A stretch of DNA of 64,000 bases from Cycas panzhihuaensis (GCA_023213395.1 CM041465.1:230771741-230835740); one strand, 5' to 3'. Positions 13,841 to 27,121 are shown, counted from the stretch's first letter. Translations and numbers: made by a program. The notes: generated by a model from the letters alone, not told the origin.

Positions 13841-14665
13841 ATGATAATCAATCTTAATAAAGTACACTTTTTTATATTTGATGGCCATAATTTTCAACTA
13901 TGGCATAAGATAATGCAAAATTATTTTATTACACATAATCTTTGGAGTTACCTACAAGATGAATATGATCTTACTATTAAAGAAAATTTTAAAAAGGATA
14001 ATGAAGTCTTAGGGATATTATTTTGCACTATAGATGATGATGTATTTTCTAGAGTTTGTGAATTGAGAACTTCCAAATTCGTATGGGACATTCTAATTTC
14101 TACTTATGGGGGAGATACCCTCAATGAATCTAACATTGATATTGTTAAGCACATGGAACAGGTGCCAGAATAAGTGGATTATAATGAAAAGATCAAGGAA
14201 AATTCAAGTCAAATACATGATCATCTTATTGCACAAGAACCTAATCCTCCATTTAAGGGGGAGAGATATGATGAAATGACAGTTGCTCACAACACAAAGA
14301 CTTCAAAAGATAAAGTTAAAGTTCTAGAAGTTAAAGTCAAAATTCCAGTCACACCTCCACATTCAAATTAAGCTACATTTACTTATACATTTTTTATACC
14401 ACTCAATGGTAAAAGGACATGCGTTGTTTAAAGGATGAGAAGAGTTAATAAAGATCAAGCTAAGAGACTATTTTTTAAAGTTTTTTTCAAGTACAAATTT
14501 CACAAGTTTAAAGAGAATATAAAGTTGTTCGTGATAACCATTAAATGGGAGAATGTTGGGGTTAATAATCATCACACCACTCCCACCTTTCAACTAGGAA
14601 TGTACACCTCACTCTTATTAATTTACACATGTGGGTACTCACATGTGAAAGTAAGTATAAGGTAA
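13841..14665 (+). pseudogene. gag: Mini-gag ORF of A (gag N-terminus fused to an RNase H C-terminal-like tail)
   Basis: ORFs 13841-14173, 14174-14371 and 14435-14665 are in one frame. FDGHNFQLW...NLW...KKDNEVL..LF is gag. The tail DQAKRLFFKVFFKYKFHKFKENIKLFVITIKWENVG resembles D pol end DQTVDIFTKALGKIKFKKFRENLGVICIGIMGENIG. Confidence 0.8.
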
Positions 14666-15569
14666 GGTTAAGTTGATTTGATTTAATTTTAGTCAAGTTA
14701 AGTTATATTTTATTGTTGTTTAAATTTTAAAGGTTAAGAAGTTTCCCTCCTCCTCCAAACAATATATTTAGAGGGGTGTGTAACCTTGGTATCTTTAGAC
14801 ACCACCTACTTTTGGACATTTGTAATGCTCTCTCTTAAACATTAATTATGTGTTTATGTTCTTCATTATTTATTTTCCTACATATTCCTCCACAAATCTT
14901 TCTCACAAGTTGCCCTTAGTGTCATCCTAAATTTACACCATCTTTATGCCTTCTTTCCCTTATTCTAGAAACTACTTCCCATACATTCCTATAATATGCT
15001 TCTACCCCTAATCTTAACCATTATCTCTATCTCTTGTTATGCTCACCCCACTCTTGATTTTCTCTATATTACTCTTATATAATTTTCATATATATTCTAT
15101 ACCTATCGTATTTTGTATAACTTATTTATTTCTCTTTACTTATTAGCCCTCCATATTCCTTATTACTTGATCTCCTACAAGAGTTTTTCTGACAGCCCTT
15201 ATTCTCCATCATCTCCCTACCCATATATAATATCTCACTATTGAAGGTTTGAAAGCATGGAGATAGAATAGATCAATAACTAATATTCAATCCATTGTAG
15301 AGTAGAAGTATAAATCAAATCATATTGTTCAAGCCATGCTTGAGAGCATTACAAATTTCTAAATAAAGATGGTATCAAAAGACATCAGGGGTTTATCACC
15401 CCAAAAAATATATAGTTTAAGGGAGGAGGGAAACCTCCTTAATATCTAAAATTTAAATAATATTAAAATAATACTTAATTTAAATGAACATTAATCTTAC
15501 TTAACTTACCTTCACATATGTGCACTCACATGTATAAAACGTAGGAGTAGGGTGATGAGCATTAACCCC

Positions 15570-16282
15570 AACATTCTCTCCCTTAATGGTCATCATGATC
15601 ATCTTCACTTTTCTTTGAATTTGTGGTACATATATTTGAGGAAGACTTTGAGAGAGTGATTGAACAAATATCCTTTAGATTTGTCTTCATCTTCATGCAT
15701 CATTATCCTTGCAAAATGGTTTCCTTTAATATAGTATGGTTAAAGTGATCTCCAAGTAGGTGTGGCTTGCTTCAAATGGAGAAGAGTGGCTTTAACTTTT
15801 ACTTTATCTTCTAAATTCTTTGTCTTATGAGAATCGATCAAGTCATAGGTATATACAACATCATCAAGTGCAATAATGTGAGTGTCCATTTAATTTGAGT
15901 CATTAACATTAACCTTTTCAACATAAAATGTATGCTATGTCATCTGTCTCACATGTACAACATTATCAACATAGTTAAATTCATTCAAATTTAAGGTTCC
16001 TGCCCTATAAATTGATTCTAGAGTATCCCAAATGGATTTGGAGGTAGTTAACTCACTAACATTAATAATTACAACATCATTTATTGTGCTAAAGATTAAC
16101 GCTATGACTTCATTATCCTTTCTTAAGTTTTCTTTAAAATTTTATTCATCCTCTAGATAACCATATATAACAAATTTCTAAAGGTTATTTTCAATAAGAT
16201 GTGTTCTTAATAGGTCTTTCCAAATATGAAAATTAATCCCATCAAATATGGGAATTAACACATCATCTAGATAAATTACCAT
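15570..16282 (-). pseudogene. gag: Mini-gag ORF of B
   Basis: MVIYLDDVLIPIFDGINFHIWKD...KENLRKDNEVIALIFSTI...SHKTKNLEDKVKVK...LKVFLKYMYHKFKE is colinear with the A and C ORFs. Confidence 0.8.
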
Positions 16283-16492
16283 TTATAAAGCTTTTGGTTT
16301 ATGAACTCAAATGAACAGATGAAGGCCTTTAATAAATGAATAACATAAAGTAGACAATAAGTACTTTTCAATAAATTCCAACATAAATCATTTAATTAAT
16401 GTAGTGAGATCAAATGCATATCCTTTTATGATACATGCTTTCCTTAAGCATGGAACTAAATCAATGAATGATTTTATGTAAACCTTAAAAGT

Positions 16493-16968
16493 AAAGGGAT
16501 AAAGTGAGCTAAAGATAATTTGAAATATATATATATGATTTTTGATGAATGCCTTCATATATCAATGAAAAGTAACTTGAAAGTAAATGAAACTATATGA
16601 TTCACGAGTATTATTTGTAAGATAACTTTTCATGTAGGTTTAAATAAGAATTGAAAAATAATGAAGTGCTTTGAATGCTTATGTGCAATAGAATGCACCT
16701 TGAAAATGCTTTGAAATCTTGAAATAAATCCAAATATACCTTCACTATATAGATGAAATAATTAAGAGTAAATATAAGCTCTTTTAAATCAAAGAAATAT
16801 GTATATATATACTTGAAATATGCTTATGGAATAAACCTTAAATGAATGCCTTAAAAAGACAATAATTGGCCTAAAATAAGTAATAAATAAGCTTTAGGAG
16901 AGCTTTGAATCAAATTTATAAGCTAAAAGATAAAATCAAAGCTTTGAATAAGGTTAGAATTCACCCAA
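16493..16968 (+). repeat. 476-bp direct repeat, left copy (LINE target-site duplication)
   Basis: Near-identical to 20012-20487; about 5 substitutions counted by eye, no indels. Confidence 0.93.
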
Positions 16969-19875
16969 ATGTGATCTCTGAGACGATAAACAACAAGTTG
17001 ATGGAACCGTTTTCTCAGAAAGAAGTCGAGCTTGCTCTTTTTAGTATGGGTAGGGATAAGGCTCCTGGACCGGATGGTTTCCTGCTGGGTTTTTTTCAAG
17101 ACTACTAGGAGATTATAAAGGAAGATTTATTATCTGCATTAAATGAATTCTCCCTTAGACGGACCATCCTGAAGGAGTGGCAGGCTACCTTCCTAGTACT
17201 GATACCAAAGAAGGAGGGAGCGGAAACGATGGAGGATTTCAGGCCAATTAGTCTCTGCAATGTTAAATACAAGATTCTGGCGAAAGTCCTAGCAAATCGA
17301 TTAAGGGAGACCCTCCCTGTCATCATATCACAAAATCAAGATGGCTTTCTTAAGGGAAGGCAAATTATGGACGGTATTATTACAGTCCACGAAACTCTGC
17401 ACTCAACCTTTCAGAGGAAGGAGGCAGGGATGATTATCAAAACTGATATGTCCAAGGCCTATGATAGGGTGGCCTGGGACTGCCTTATGGATTGCCTAAA
17501 AGCATTTGGTTTTGGGGAGGTCTGGAGGGACTGGATAAAGTGCTACATCTCCAGGGTTTCATTCTCAGTGATCATAAATGGGAGATCAACCCCGTTTGTG
17601 CCTGGTTTCAGAGGATTAAGACAAGGCGACCCCCTCTCGCCCTTTTTGTTCATAATTATGGATGAGCTGTTAGGGAGAGCTACTTTGGAGGCCCAAAGGC
17701 TGGGGTGGATCAACGGCCTGAAGGCTACATCTATTCTGGATAACATTGTTCACCATCAGTTTGTGGATAACAATATCTTCTTAGGTAAGGCTTCCTTGGA
17801 AGAGGCAAGGGCATTTAAAGTAGGCCTTCAGGTATACGAAAAAGCTACCAACCAGAAAATCAATTTAGAGAAGAGCTCAGTTTTCTTCGTCAACACCCTG
17901 GATAGGCACCAAAGGAGGATCAGTAGGATATTGGGGATCCCTTGCAGGCCCCTCCCGGCATCATATCTGGGTATGCCCCTCTTCGTGGGGAGGGGGAGGA
18001 AGACCCTGTGGGACTCTGTGGTGAGAAAATTCAATAGAAAATTGGAAGGGTGGAAAGGGGCACTTCTTAGCTGGGCCGGTAAAATTCAGCTAGTGGTTGC
18101 CTCCCTCTAGAGTATTCCTGTGTACCAGATGTCTGTCTTCAAATTGCCGGACAAGGTTACTTCTACACTAGAGGGTATTATGAGGAGATTCCTTTGGTGT
18201 GGGGCAGAAGTTAAAAAGAGATTCCACTTAGTGTCCTAGGAGAAAGTGTGTAAACCTAGATGGGCGAGAGGGCTAAATGTTAGAAGATTGGGCCTCTTCA
18301 ATACAGCGCTCCTGGCCAAGACAGGTTAGAGACTCACTAAGGTAGCCGACTCGGTATGGGGGAGTATCTTGACGAGAAAATACCTTAGAGGTGATCACTT
18401 CTTGGTGGGGGAGGCCCCTTGTTCCGAGGGGTCACCAATATGGAAAGCCATCTTCTCTGCAAGGTTCATCCTGCAAGAAGGAGTTCGATGGAAGTTAGGG
18501 AATGGAGAGAGCAAAAGGTTCTGGGAAGATAAATGGAGTGGCCCCTATAAATTAGAGGATCTGCCTAATATTGGAGCTATGAAGAGGGTCTGCGAGACCC
18601 GCTTTGGGAACATAGTCAAGCATTCCTGGACTGGGCAGCAAAAGGACAGGCAATGGAGATCATTTGAGGAGTTGCAAGGTTTCAAAGTGGAGGTCCAGAG
18701 GGTGAAGAGGGTTTTGGACAACTAGTATATTCCGAAGAGGCCCTCCCCTGACATGTTGATTTGGCCTATTTCGTCTAGGGTTTCTTATAAGGTCAAAGAT
18801 GGGTATAACCTATTGGTTTCCAGGAATTTGGGCGGGAATGATCTCTGGTGGAGTTTGGAAGCCGGGATCCTTAGAAGATAGCGACCTTGGTGGGCGTGTA
18901 GAATAAAATCCTCACTTTGGACAATCTCATGAGGAGGGGCATTCAGGCGGTGAATAGGTGTGTGCTTTGTAAAGACGATGTAGAGACGTTGAATCATCTC
19001 TGTATTCATTGCCCGTACTCCATTGGCGTATGGAACGTCATATGGAGTAGGTTGGGATTAGTATGGGTTTCCTCTAGAACTCTGAGAGATCAATGGAATG
19101 CCTAGGCCTCTCCATTTAAGAGTAAAACATTGACTAGAATATGGAAGATGATCCTACTGGTAGGATCCTAGATTATCTGGAAGGAACGTAACAGGAGAAT
19201 ATTTTAAGGAAAGGAATCAGATAGGGCGGTCCTAGCAGAGGAAATCAGGAAGGGCATCACTGAAATACTATCTCCTCCTAAGGAGGATAACATGGCAAAG
19301 GAGGAAGAAGGCATCCTGGAGAACTGGGGGGTGGGCATCCCGATACGGGGTAGAGCGAGAAGGCCAGAATCTAAGTGGTCCCCCCCGAACCTTTCCTGGG
19401 TCAAAATAAACTTTGATGGCGCTGTTAAAGGCAACCCTAGGGAGGCAGGGGGGGAGGCCTCTGCAGGGACCACGTGGGGAGGCTAAGGTGGGCCTTTGCG
19501 GACTACCTTGGGATTCAAACGAACCAAAGAGTAGAGATGTGGGCTATGCAGAGTGCGGTAGCTCTTTTAGGCGAGGAAGGGCCTCAGAAGGTAGTCATTA
19601 AAGGGGACTCCTTATACGTGATCAACTGTTTAAGGGGGGAAGCGGACCCCGGGTGGCACAATGAAGACATTGTCAGAGATGCGCAAGAGTTACTAGAGAT
19701 AAACAGTAGAGTCCAGATCCAACACATTTACTGAGGAGGGAATGCTGGTGATTGGTTGACAAATTGGGTGGTGGCAAATAAGAGAGCTATGGTTTGGAAA
19801 GAGGAATTCTCGGTAGAGTTACTGAGACTGGTGAGGAAAGATGCTTATACTGGAGCGACAGATAGATTAGTCTGA
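16969..19875 (+). pseudogene. LINE ORF2 C-terminal portion (RT-zf-RNase H) with several nonsense mutations
   Basis: Colinear ORFs 17229-18110, 18369-18725, 18917-19105, 19292-19486 and 19474-19734; stops fall mostly at expected W/Q codons. Confidence 0.9.
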
Positions 19876-20014
19876 GAGGTTTCTCTCATATTCTGGGCTA
19901 GACCATGGGCTTGTCATGGTCAAACTGATTTGTACTATTTGATGTGATGTAAAAGGTTTGGGGACCTAGTTAAAACCCCTTCAATTTAATTTTACCTTAT
20001 AAAAAAAAAAAAAA
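16969..20014 (+). mobile_element. 5'-truncated plant L1-type LINE (RT, zf-RVT, RNase H, poly(A))
   Basis: RT motifs KAPGPDGF, FRPISLCNV.YKILAKVLANRL, D..KAYDRV.W, GLRQGDPLSPFLF, HHQFVDN. Zinc finger CVLCKDDVETLNHLCIHC. RNase H WSPP...WVKINFDGA.KGNP and GDSL.VI. A14 tail at 20001-20014. A few stops and frameshifts. Confidence 0.95.
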
Positions 20015-20487
20015 GGGATAAAGTGAGCTAAAGATAATTTGAAATATATATATATGATTTTTGATGAATGCCTTCATATATCAATGAAAAGTAACTTGAA
20101 AGTAAATGAAACTATATGATTCATGAATATTATTTGTAAGATAACTTTTCATGTAGGTTTAAATAAGAATTGAAAAATAATGAAGTGCTTTGAATGCTTA
20201 TGTGCAATAGAATGCACCTTGAAAATGCTTTGAAATCTTGAAATAAAGCCAAATATACCTTCACTATATAGATGAAATAATTAAGAGTAAATATAAGCTC
20301 TTTTAAATCAAAGAAATATGTATATATATACTTGAAATATGCTTATGGAATAAACCTTAAATGAATGCCTTAAAAAGATAATAATTGGCCTAAAATAAGT
20401 AATAAATAAGCTTTAGGAGAGCTTTGAATCAAATTTATAAGCTAAAAGATAAAATCAAAGCTTTAAATAAGGTTAGAATTCACCCAA
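20012..20487 (+). repeat. 476-bp direct repeat, right copy (LINE target-site duplication)
   Basis: Begins inside the poly(A) (AAAGGGAT...) and ends ...TTCACCCAA exactly as the left copy does. Confidence 0.93.
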
Positions 20488-22989
20488 TTGATGTTTTTGA
20501 TCCAAAGGGCTCTCCTTCTCTTTAGGAGGCTAAAATAGAGCTTAATAGCTATAAAAACTCAATGGTAAGCTTCTAAAACAAGCTAGAGCTACCAACAATT
20601 GATTAGTATCTCAATGATAAATAAATATGTTGATTTAGAGTAACAATTTTGCTTGAAATATTTAATAATATGTCTAATCATGACTAAATAGGAGCCTTAA
20701 CTTTAGCTACTATAAAGAGTTATAAAATAATATCAAATTAAATTAAAACTCATTCCAATATGAAGAATATTAAAAACCCTTTGCGATGATTTTAACCGTT
20801 TAGAAAACAAACTCCTAGAGCACAAGGTATTAACAAATAAGTGAGAGGGCCCTTTTAAGGGCTTAAAATAGAGCCAAGGGGCTTAGATGCTACAAACATT
20901 AGATTAAATATTTATAGAATGATGCAAAAATAGTCATATATAGATTAAATATCCCTTAATGAGTCCTAAGCCAAAGAAACTTAGAAAAAATTGCTTTGAT
21001 ATTGCTGAAAAATAATGAACTTAGTTAAATGAGTTACCTCAACTTCATCAATATTGAAAACCCATAAAACAACTTCAAATTAAATATAAAATTATACCAT
21101 CATGTAGAGAATTGAAGCAAATTTCCAACAGATCTAGTCGTTCAAAAAATGGGCTCCTTGATCAAAAGTTATAAGTGAAATAGTCGAGATAGCTTATTAT
21201 GAAAAAATAAATTAGAAAAGGGTTTTAATAAGCCCCTTTTGGGAAAAGGCCCGGTTATATGGAGACTAATATGACCACCAATCAACTGAAGAAGGCTGCT
21301 AGGATCCCAAATATCATTAAAATAAATTAAATTAAAGTTATAAAGTTTAACTTTATAAAAAATTAATCAAAATATAAATAAATTTAAAAATAAAAAACGT
21401 GTAGAGACTGTGCGCATGGGTAAAACTTTATGGAGCTTGTTCTCTTTGTATACAACTCAGATTAAGATAAAATTTTAGAAAAGGATAGATATCCATACTA
21501 TAGATCCATCTTTAAAATATCATAAATATCTTATTATCATAGAGAGAGAACGAAGTGATTGATCTTAGAAAGGTCATGGAGGATGTATGAACTGCGTAGA
21601 GGTCGTATGACTCAGTGAGAGCCCATAATACTTCAAAGATTACTTAGTCTACTTTGTATTAGGTCTACAACATAGTTACAAAAGAAACCAAATGAAAAGT
21701 GAAGCCACAATGAGTAAATAAGAAGTGGGACATAGGGGTTTTACTGCAAAAATGAGTAACCAAACTTCTAGGAGGGAGATCTCTTCGTAGGAGCAATAAT
21801 TTTTTAATCATCAAATGCATCGCAAAGCTAGTTCAATGAGGATTCAAATGAACAGTCATATACTAAGGTTTTGTAGGCTATAGAGTGAGCACCATCGTGT
21901 AGAAATTCAAGTATATAGGAAAACCTTAAAAAAATAATGAAAAAATAGTAAAAACTTATAAAATATCAATCGAAACCTTAATATAATTTCTCTAAAGTAC
22001 TGTTGGGTTGAATAAACATGCTATTACTGCATAAATCTAAAGAAATATTGATTAAATAGAGCATATGCACTAAAAAATAGCTAGATATTCAATAAAACTA
22101 TTAATAAAACTTTATAAAGTGATGAAATATTGAATGTTTTTTCTTGCCATAAGTAGCTTTGATATATCTCATTTTCAACACTCAATAGACCTTGTCTTAA
22201 TTCCAAATAAAGCCAACTCAAGAAGCTTCAAATGTAGTCCAGGCTACAAAATGCTAAATGAAACCAAGATTTAACTCTGATACCAAATAAAGGTTTGAAA
22301 GCATGGAGACAATTCAGAGTAGTAAGCAATATTCAATCCATTATAGAGTAGAAGCATAAATTAAATCATATTATTCAAGCCATGTTTGAGAGCATTATAG
22401 ATTTCTAAATAGAGGTGGTGTCAAAAGACACTAGGGTTTATTACCCTAGAAAATATATAGTTTGAGGGAGGAGGAAAACCTCCTCAACCTCTAAAATTTA
22501 AACAATATTAAAATAATGCTTAAGTCAAGTGAACATTAACCTTACCTGATTTATCTTCACATGTGTGCACTCACATGTGGAAAAGGTGGGAGTGGGGTGA
22601 TGCACATTGACCCCAACAACTATCAAAGTCCACTTCTTATATAACCTCTTACTCCTTTTTACTTTCTAAATCTTCCATACTTCTTAGCCATAAATAACAT
22701 TTAAAAGTTTCATTTTTGCTTATTACTTCCTTACCTCCCTATAAATATTCACACTCTATCTCTACCATTGACATATTCTTCTCTCATGCACCTATCTAAA
22801 CCTATTATATACATTAAATTCCTACTATAATAACCAATCCAAAACTCATTACCTAATCTCATATCCCATGTATCTCCATTTAAATGACTCACACTTATGA
22901 GATCCTAATTATAGTCTCCATTCCTTACCCTTTATTTAGGCCAACCTTATTTCCTCATCCCTAAAGGTTTTCCCTTCTACAACTCTCTA

Positions 22990-23704
22990 TGAATGTTATA
23001 CAATAGTAGGATGCATGATCTTAAGCAAGTTGAGTTTATAATACATAAGTCCCTAGATCACCAATATGTAGAATCCTGTAGAAGAGTTACCTAATAAATG
23101 GTATCATCACAAAGAGAAAGAAGATGAATACATATTTCTTTTAGAATATGGCATAAAGGTGGACCAATTTCTTATTACTAGATTAAAGATGTATGTCTTA
23201 TCCCTTACAATTTTTGGATAAGTCATTATAAAGAGGAGGAGAATGTCATGTATCTAAATGAAAGACATGAAGATAAAGGATATAAGAATTTTATCACTAA
23301 TGTGGAAAAATAAAATATTTTAAGGGAAAAGCCTGTTAAGGATGGAGGAATTATAACATGTCAATTTACAAAAGTCATATTTGTAATTAACCCCAATAAA
23401 GCCCAAGAAATTATACTTATAAATATAAGGGGGTATTAGACAAACATATGGTTATTTACTTATAATTAGAAATGGATTAATTCCTTTTATATTGATACTT
23501 CGATGTCATGATATCTAGTTTATGTTCTATTATCATTATTAATGTTGGCTACTATTTCTAAGATTATATATGATGTTGTTGGCTAAATATTTATTTACTA
23601 TATATTTTCTTATTATTTGTTGTATTTATTTATTAAAGATTCTATGCATTATTCTCTAGATTATTCTATAAGTTATTTATCATTATTTTTATCAAATTTT
23701 ATAT
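22990..23704 (+). mobile_element. Highly decayed Gypsy 3' end (integrase C-terminus/chromodomain-like, PPT, LTR fragment from ~23352)
   Basis: KVGPISY-like remnant near 23155, purine tract AAGGATGGAGGAA at 23338-23350, then TATAACATG (decayed TGTAAC). Weak. Confidence 0.4.
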
Positions 23705-26323
23705 TAGACTATTGGTGCAAGAAAGTGTTCACCCTAGATTCTATTAAAAGATTATCCATATTGCCCAATTCAAAATTGAGGTCACACCAAGGGCAATATT
23801 TATGAGTTAAATATGAATGTAAAAATGGAAGTTACTTTAACAAGCAACTTTGTAATGTAATCTCACCTAAACCTAATGCTTATCAAATTATTAACCCTTT
23901 CCTTCTTTGTAATGCTAGTTGTTTAAGGAAATTTGTCAAACCCACTAAGATGGTAGAAACTCCATCGAGTAGGTATCCCCTTTATTAGTTAGAAATAGAA
24001 AGTGAAAAATGAAAATGTATTCATTTCATTTACCAAGTGAAAAATGGAAATGTTGTCATAATTTACAACCTTTCTTTCATGTCAACTTGCTTATACAACA
24101 AAGTTTTAGCCATTTCTTATCTTAAATTAGATTTTTTGTAGAATTATATTCTTATTTGCTTACTTGTTATAATTTATAATAAAGTATAAATCCTTCCCTA
24201 TATTGCTCACATTGTGTCATATCCACCATTCATTATATTCCACAAGAAAATATAAAATTTGAATAACATATTAAAAGTTAGTCAGTTCATCATCCACCAT
24301 ACAAATAGCAGTAAAACTCCCAACCTACATGAATAGTTACACTAGTGGCCTCTCATTCAGATGTAATTTATGTCTATATCCATGCTCTATTAAAGACATT
24401 CAAAAATGATTTTATGCTAGTAATGTCTTCTCTTTCCCTTTAATAGTATTTGGAAGATGGGGCCTCTAATCAAATTTATAATAGAAAATATTCACAAGTA
24501 GGCAATATTGTATTAAATTATTTTAAGTTTTAATTAAACTTAGAAACCTTCGTAGAATGTTAATTTTCTTCTATCATCCAAGTTGAATATTATTACTCCT
24601 TATCATTATTCTTGAGCCTCAATGGTGGCTATATAACTACCATGCAAAAGTTTAACTTTTCTCATCCTTTATATTGTCCAAGCATAATAGGTCCTCATCA
24701 ATAGTTCTTTACTTCAGTCTAACATATAGCACACCTCAAAAAAGAGGCTCCAACTATGCCACAAATTTCAACATGTATATGAATCAACATCATAATCAAC
24801 CCTTTCCATTAAATACTCAGACTATGATCCAATGTTCTTCATAATAGACCTAAGAAATAATAGGTACTTTTTATCCTATAGAAGCTTACACCCACTAATA
24901 TTCTTATCTATCAACTTTTTATGAAGAAGAAGAACTTTAGCTAACTAGAAGAAATGACACCAAGAAGGATTATTAGGGTAACAAACTACTAGAAAACTAA
25001 TAAATTACTAATTATAAAATAATGTAGAGAAGTAATTTCACTAGAAAACATATGTTTATAAATGTACTTATTATTCATTTTAGTCTAGGTTAATTATGAA
25101 CAAGATGAATATAATTCTTAACGTAGTTAATTTGACAAATTTTGAATAAGTCAAGGGACCACTTGTATAAAGTGCAAGAACATAGATTAGATTAACCTTG
25201 CATTTGGAAGAATTTGGTCCTCTTTGATATCTAACTTTTTTGAATTTATGTTGGCAAACACATATGCATATTTCCATGATATTCAATTCCAAAATGAGGA
25301 ATAAGGTTGAATCTATAGTAGAATTTAAGTTCTATCTATACAAAGCTAGCTTCTAAACAGTCTCATGTCTCTTGAGGGCCTACCCTATTTAGATCTCCCC
25401 ACTAAAAATTAGAATATAATAATCTACAGGCACTAGCATTAGCTCATGATCTCTATAACCTATCACTAATCAAACCATATCATTAAAAAGGATAAACTCA
25501 TGTTGGATGGATTACAAAGTAAACTATTATTCATAATAACACCTAAGTTTTTCTATTTTCTAAATCCTTCCTTGATTTGGGTAAGTAATGGTTCATCAGT
25601 GAGGAGGCTAAGATCATTACTGGTATATTTCTATTTTGATTAGAAAATTTAGGAATCCCTCTTTAGAAACATCAATCAATAGATAACCAGTGCAAGTAGT
25701 ATAGGGAACATTACAATCATAAGAGGATGGAATATCTTCAAACATTTAGCATTAAGCTGGAGATTCTATTTTTACAAGTTATATGAAGACTAAATAATTA
25801 ATGAGATAGGGTAAATATCAATAGGTTAAACATATAGTATAAGTGTCTAATACAATTTACTATATTCATAGATTTTGAGGTATTATTTAATAAAATTTAA
25901 GTATATCTTGTTCTACTTTGTTAATAAACTATGAGATAATTACTAACAATAATTTCTTTACTACTATAGGATAATACAATGTGATGGAGACATGGCAGAT
26001 CATAATCAAATAATCAATACATTGTTGTTTTAACATATAAGCCTTTGTATTCAATCTATCTTTGAGTGAGTACATAACAAATTTCTAATATAGACAATGT
26101 CTAAAGATACCAGGGTTGCACACCCCTTCAAATATATAATTTGGAGGAGGAGGGAAACTCCTCAACCCTTAGAATTCAAACAATAATAAAATATTACATA
26201 ACTTAACTCAAATAAACTTAACCTTACTTTACACTTACCTTCACATGTGAGCACCCATATGTGTAAATTGGTGGAAGTAGGGTGTGCACTCCTAGGTGAA
26301 AGTTGGGAGTGGGGTGATGATCA

Positions 26324-27121
26324 TTAACCCCTAACATTCTCCATTTTAATGGTCACCACGAACAACTTTGTCTTCTCTTTAAACTTGTGAAATTTGAACT
26401 TGAGAAAAACTTTGAAAATCTGTCTTTTAGCTTGATCACTACTAACTTGCTTCATTCTTTTAGCAATATGTGTCTCTTTACTATTGAGTGATATAAAAAA
26501 TCTCCAAGTAAATGAAGCTTGAATTGAATGAAAGTGAATGATTACAACTCTAACTTTATCAACTGGAACTTTGACTTTGACTTCTGAAATCTTTGTGTTG
26601 TGAGTGACTATCATATAATCAGATTTCTTCTCTATCATATCATAAGATTTCTCCCCCTCAAATGGAGTATCAGGTTCTTATACAACAAGATGATCATGTA
26701 TTTGACTTGAATTTTTCTCATTGGTATTTTCATCATATATTTGACTTGAATTTTATTCCTTTGTCTTGTCATCACAATCAAGCTGCTCGGTCACCTATCT
26801 TACATGCTCAACAATATCAATATTAAATTCATTTGCATTAAGGGTATCTCCCCTACAAGTAGAAATTAAGATGTCCCATATGAATTTGGAAGTTGTCAGT
26901 TCACAAACTTTAGAGAAAACATTATCATCTATAGTGTAAAAAAGTAAAGCTAAGGCTTCATTATCTTTTTTTATGTTTTCTTTAATATTAAGATCATAGT
27001 CATCTTGTAGGTAACTCCAAAGATTATTTGAAATAAAATAATTTTGCATTATTTTATACCATTGTGAAAAATTATGGCCATCAAATGTAGGAAATTATAT
27101 TTTATTTAGATTGATTGCCAT
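26324..27121 (-). pseudogene. gag: Mini-gag ORF of C
   Basis: ATG at 27121; ORFs 26795-27049 and 26324-26638 are in the same frame; homologous to A 13841-14665. Confidence 0.8.

Larger units (their letters stand above)
11024..14882 (+). mobile_element. Non-autonomous Copia-derived mini-gag (TR-GAG-like) LTR element A, 3859 bp
   Basis: LTRs 11024-11419 and 14554-14882; TSD TATTC on both sides (11019-11023, 14883-14887); PBS 11422-11433; PPT 14543-14553; only a short gag-derived frame, no RT or INT. Confidence 0.92.
15242..22618 (-). mobile_element. Non-autonomous mini-gag LTR element B (related to A/C), containing a LINE insertion
   Basis: LTRs 15242-15573 and 22288-22618; TSD ACTAT (15237-15241, 22619-22623); PBS 22275-22285; PPT 15574-15584; mini-gag 16282->~15570. 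Confidence 0.92.

Noticed and set aside
16905-17108. ORF appearing to give the LINE a start codon
   Set aside because: Chance in-frame fusion across the 5' truncation junction; it ends at a nonsense codon.
17105-19473. Minus-strand ORFs over the LINE
   Set aside because: Antisense shadows of ORF2.
23710-25964. Segmental duplication of a host locus (matches 44289-44640 and 53677-55600)
   Set aside because: PPT, PBS and the flanking duplication show these are the two LTRs of element F.
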